Shown here one piece after another: positions 63,316 through 64,000 of a stretch of 64,000 nucleotides of DNA. The notes beneath the pieces are model-generated. The model was not told the origin of the DNA. It made no database searches and worked only from the letters and a program-made list of their open reading frames with translations. A program made the position numbers and the translations under genes. How positions within the stretch are numbered: the first letter of the stretch is position 1; each line of letters begins with the position of its first letter. This DNA is from Patescibacteria group bacterium (GTDB taxonomy: Bacteria; Patescibacteriota; Patescibacteriia; Patescibacteriales; UBA12465). The stretch spans positions 64,851 through 128,850 of the forward strand of contig JBAZNJ010000002.1 in NCBI GenBank assembly GCA_041649315.1, written 5' to 3'.

Positions 63316-64000
63316 ATGCGACGGCCTTTATTTTTAATCTTAACGATTTTTGTTTTTCTATTATCCGGCCTTCCGGCTCGGGCTTATTCTAGCCCGGGAA
63401 CGGCGGCCGGTTTTGTTAATGATTTCGCCGGTGTTTTAAGCGCGGAAGAGAAAGGCGCTTTGGAAGCGAAATTAGCGGCTTTTAACCAGGAATCAAGTAA
63501 TGAAATCGCGATTGTGACGCTTGATAACCTTGGCGGCGACACGATTGAGAATTTTGCGGTCGAGCTTTTTAAGGAATGGGGAATCGGAAAAGAGAAGTTT
63601 GATAATGGCGTTTTGCTTTTAGTTGCGCTTGAAGAGCGGCAGATGCGGATTGAGGTCGGCTATGGTTTAGAAGGCGCTTTGCCGGACGCAACCGCTTTTC
63701 AGATTATTACTAAAACCTTACAGCCGGCCTTCCGCGCTGATGATTATTATGGCGGGTTAGATAAAGCCGCGGGCGAGATCATGGCGGCAACGCGCGGCGA
63801 ATATATCGCGCCGGTCGGGGCAGACGCGATTGAAGATTTTACCTGGCGGAATATGGGTTCGGATTTATGGTTTTTTCTTTTATTCGTCCTTTATGCTTTG
63901 ATCGGTTCGGTCCGGCGCGGCTTAGGCAAGACCAAGCGCTGGTGGCCGGGCGGCCTTTGGGGCGCGGCACTTGGTCTAATAATTGCTTTGATATTTTTTC
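63316..64000 (+). CDS. TPM-domain (YgcG-like) protein, 3' end beyond the window
   Basis: My translation from ATG 63316 gives a signal peptide, then FVNDFAGVLSAEEKGALEAKL...NEIAIVTL...GVLLLVALEERQMRIEVGYGLEG. The frame stays open to the window edge. LemA-TPM is a common pairing. Confidence 0.85.
   Translation, partial: MRRPLFLILTIFVFLLSGLPARAYSSPGTAAGFVNDFAGVLSAEEKGALEAKLAAFNQESSNEIAIVTLDNLGGDTIENFAVELFKEWGIGKEKFDNGVLLLVALEERQMRIEVGYGLEGALPDATAFQIITKTLQPAFRADDYYGGLDKAAGEIMAATRGEYIAPVGADAIEDFTWRNMGSDLWFFLLFVLYALIGSVRRGLGKTKRWWPGGLWGAALGLIIALIFF

Overview
This 64-kb fragment looks like a small-genome, CPR/Patescibacteria-type bacterium. That placement is an inference from gene content: no L30 gene, an archaeal-type AspRS, AT-rich spacers with few Shine-Dalgarno (SD) sites, and many lineage-specific small proteins.

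- **1-16.3 kb:** the str/S10/spc ribosomal-protein super-operon (rpsL fragment, rpsG, fusA, orf, tuf, rpsJ ... rplO, secY), ending at an intrinsic terminator.
- **16.4-32.1 kb:** two unknown ORFs coupled to map-ruvX-recO, then aspS, asnS, scpA/scpB, an S11 carboxypeptidase, dnaG-rpoD and a HlyD-type adaptor.
- **32.1-43.4 kb:** a visibly AT-rich accessory island sitting between that adaptor and its expected MacB-type ABC partner genes.
  - It carries a type I R-M operon in which hsdM and hsdS are separated by three extra co-oriented, tightly packed genes: a DUF2130-like zinc-ribbon/coiled-coil/PD-(D/E)xK protein, a 107-aa unknown, and an OLD-family ATPase-Toprim nuclease.
  - This operon is my top candidate for an undescribed composite defence system.
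  - The island also holds a pyrimidine-dimer glycosylase, DUF1294, a solo MazF/PemK-like toxin and a candidate convergent sRNA.
- **46.9-47.2 kb:** tRNA-Asn(GUU) interrupted inside the anticodon by a 230-nt group I intron, followed by a small accessory islet.
- **50.8-64 kb:** housekeeping genes (TspO, Ddh, M23 peptidase, MgtE, GreA, CspA, TypA, LemA/TPM).

Other oddities:
- Three genes whose 3' ends, stop codon included, are tandemly duplicated.
- A 24-nt identical 5' leader shared by orphan PurH-N-like and PurM-like genes.
- An ORF split at an A9 run.
- A 152-nt near-perfect hairpin upstream of dnaG.
- Long K/E-rich extensions on several ribosomal proteins.

No rRNA genes, CRISPR arrays or transposase genes were seen. 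All calls rest on reading the sequence and the ORF track; no searches were run.
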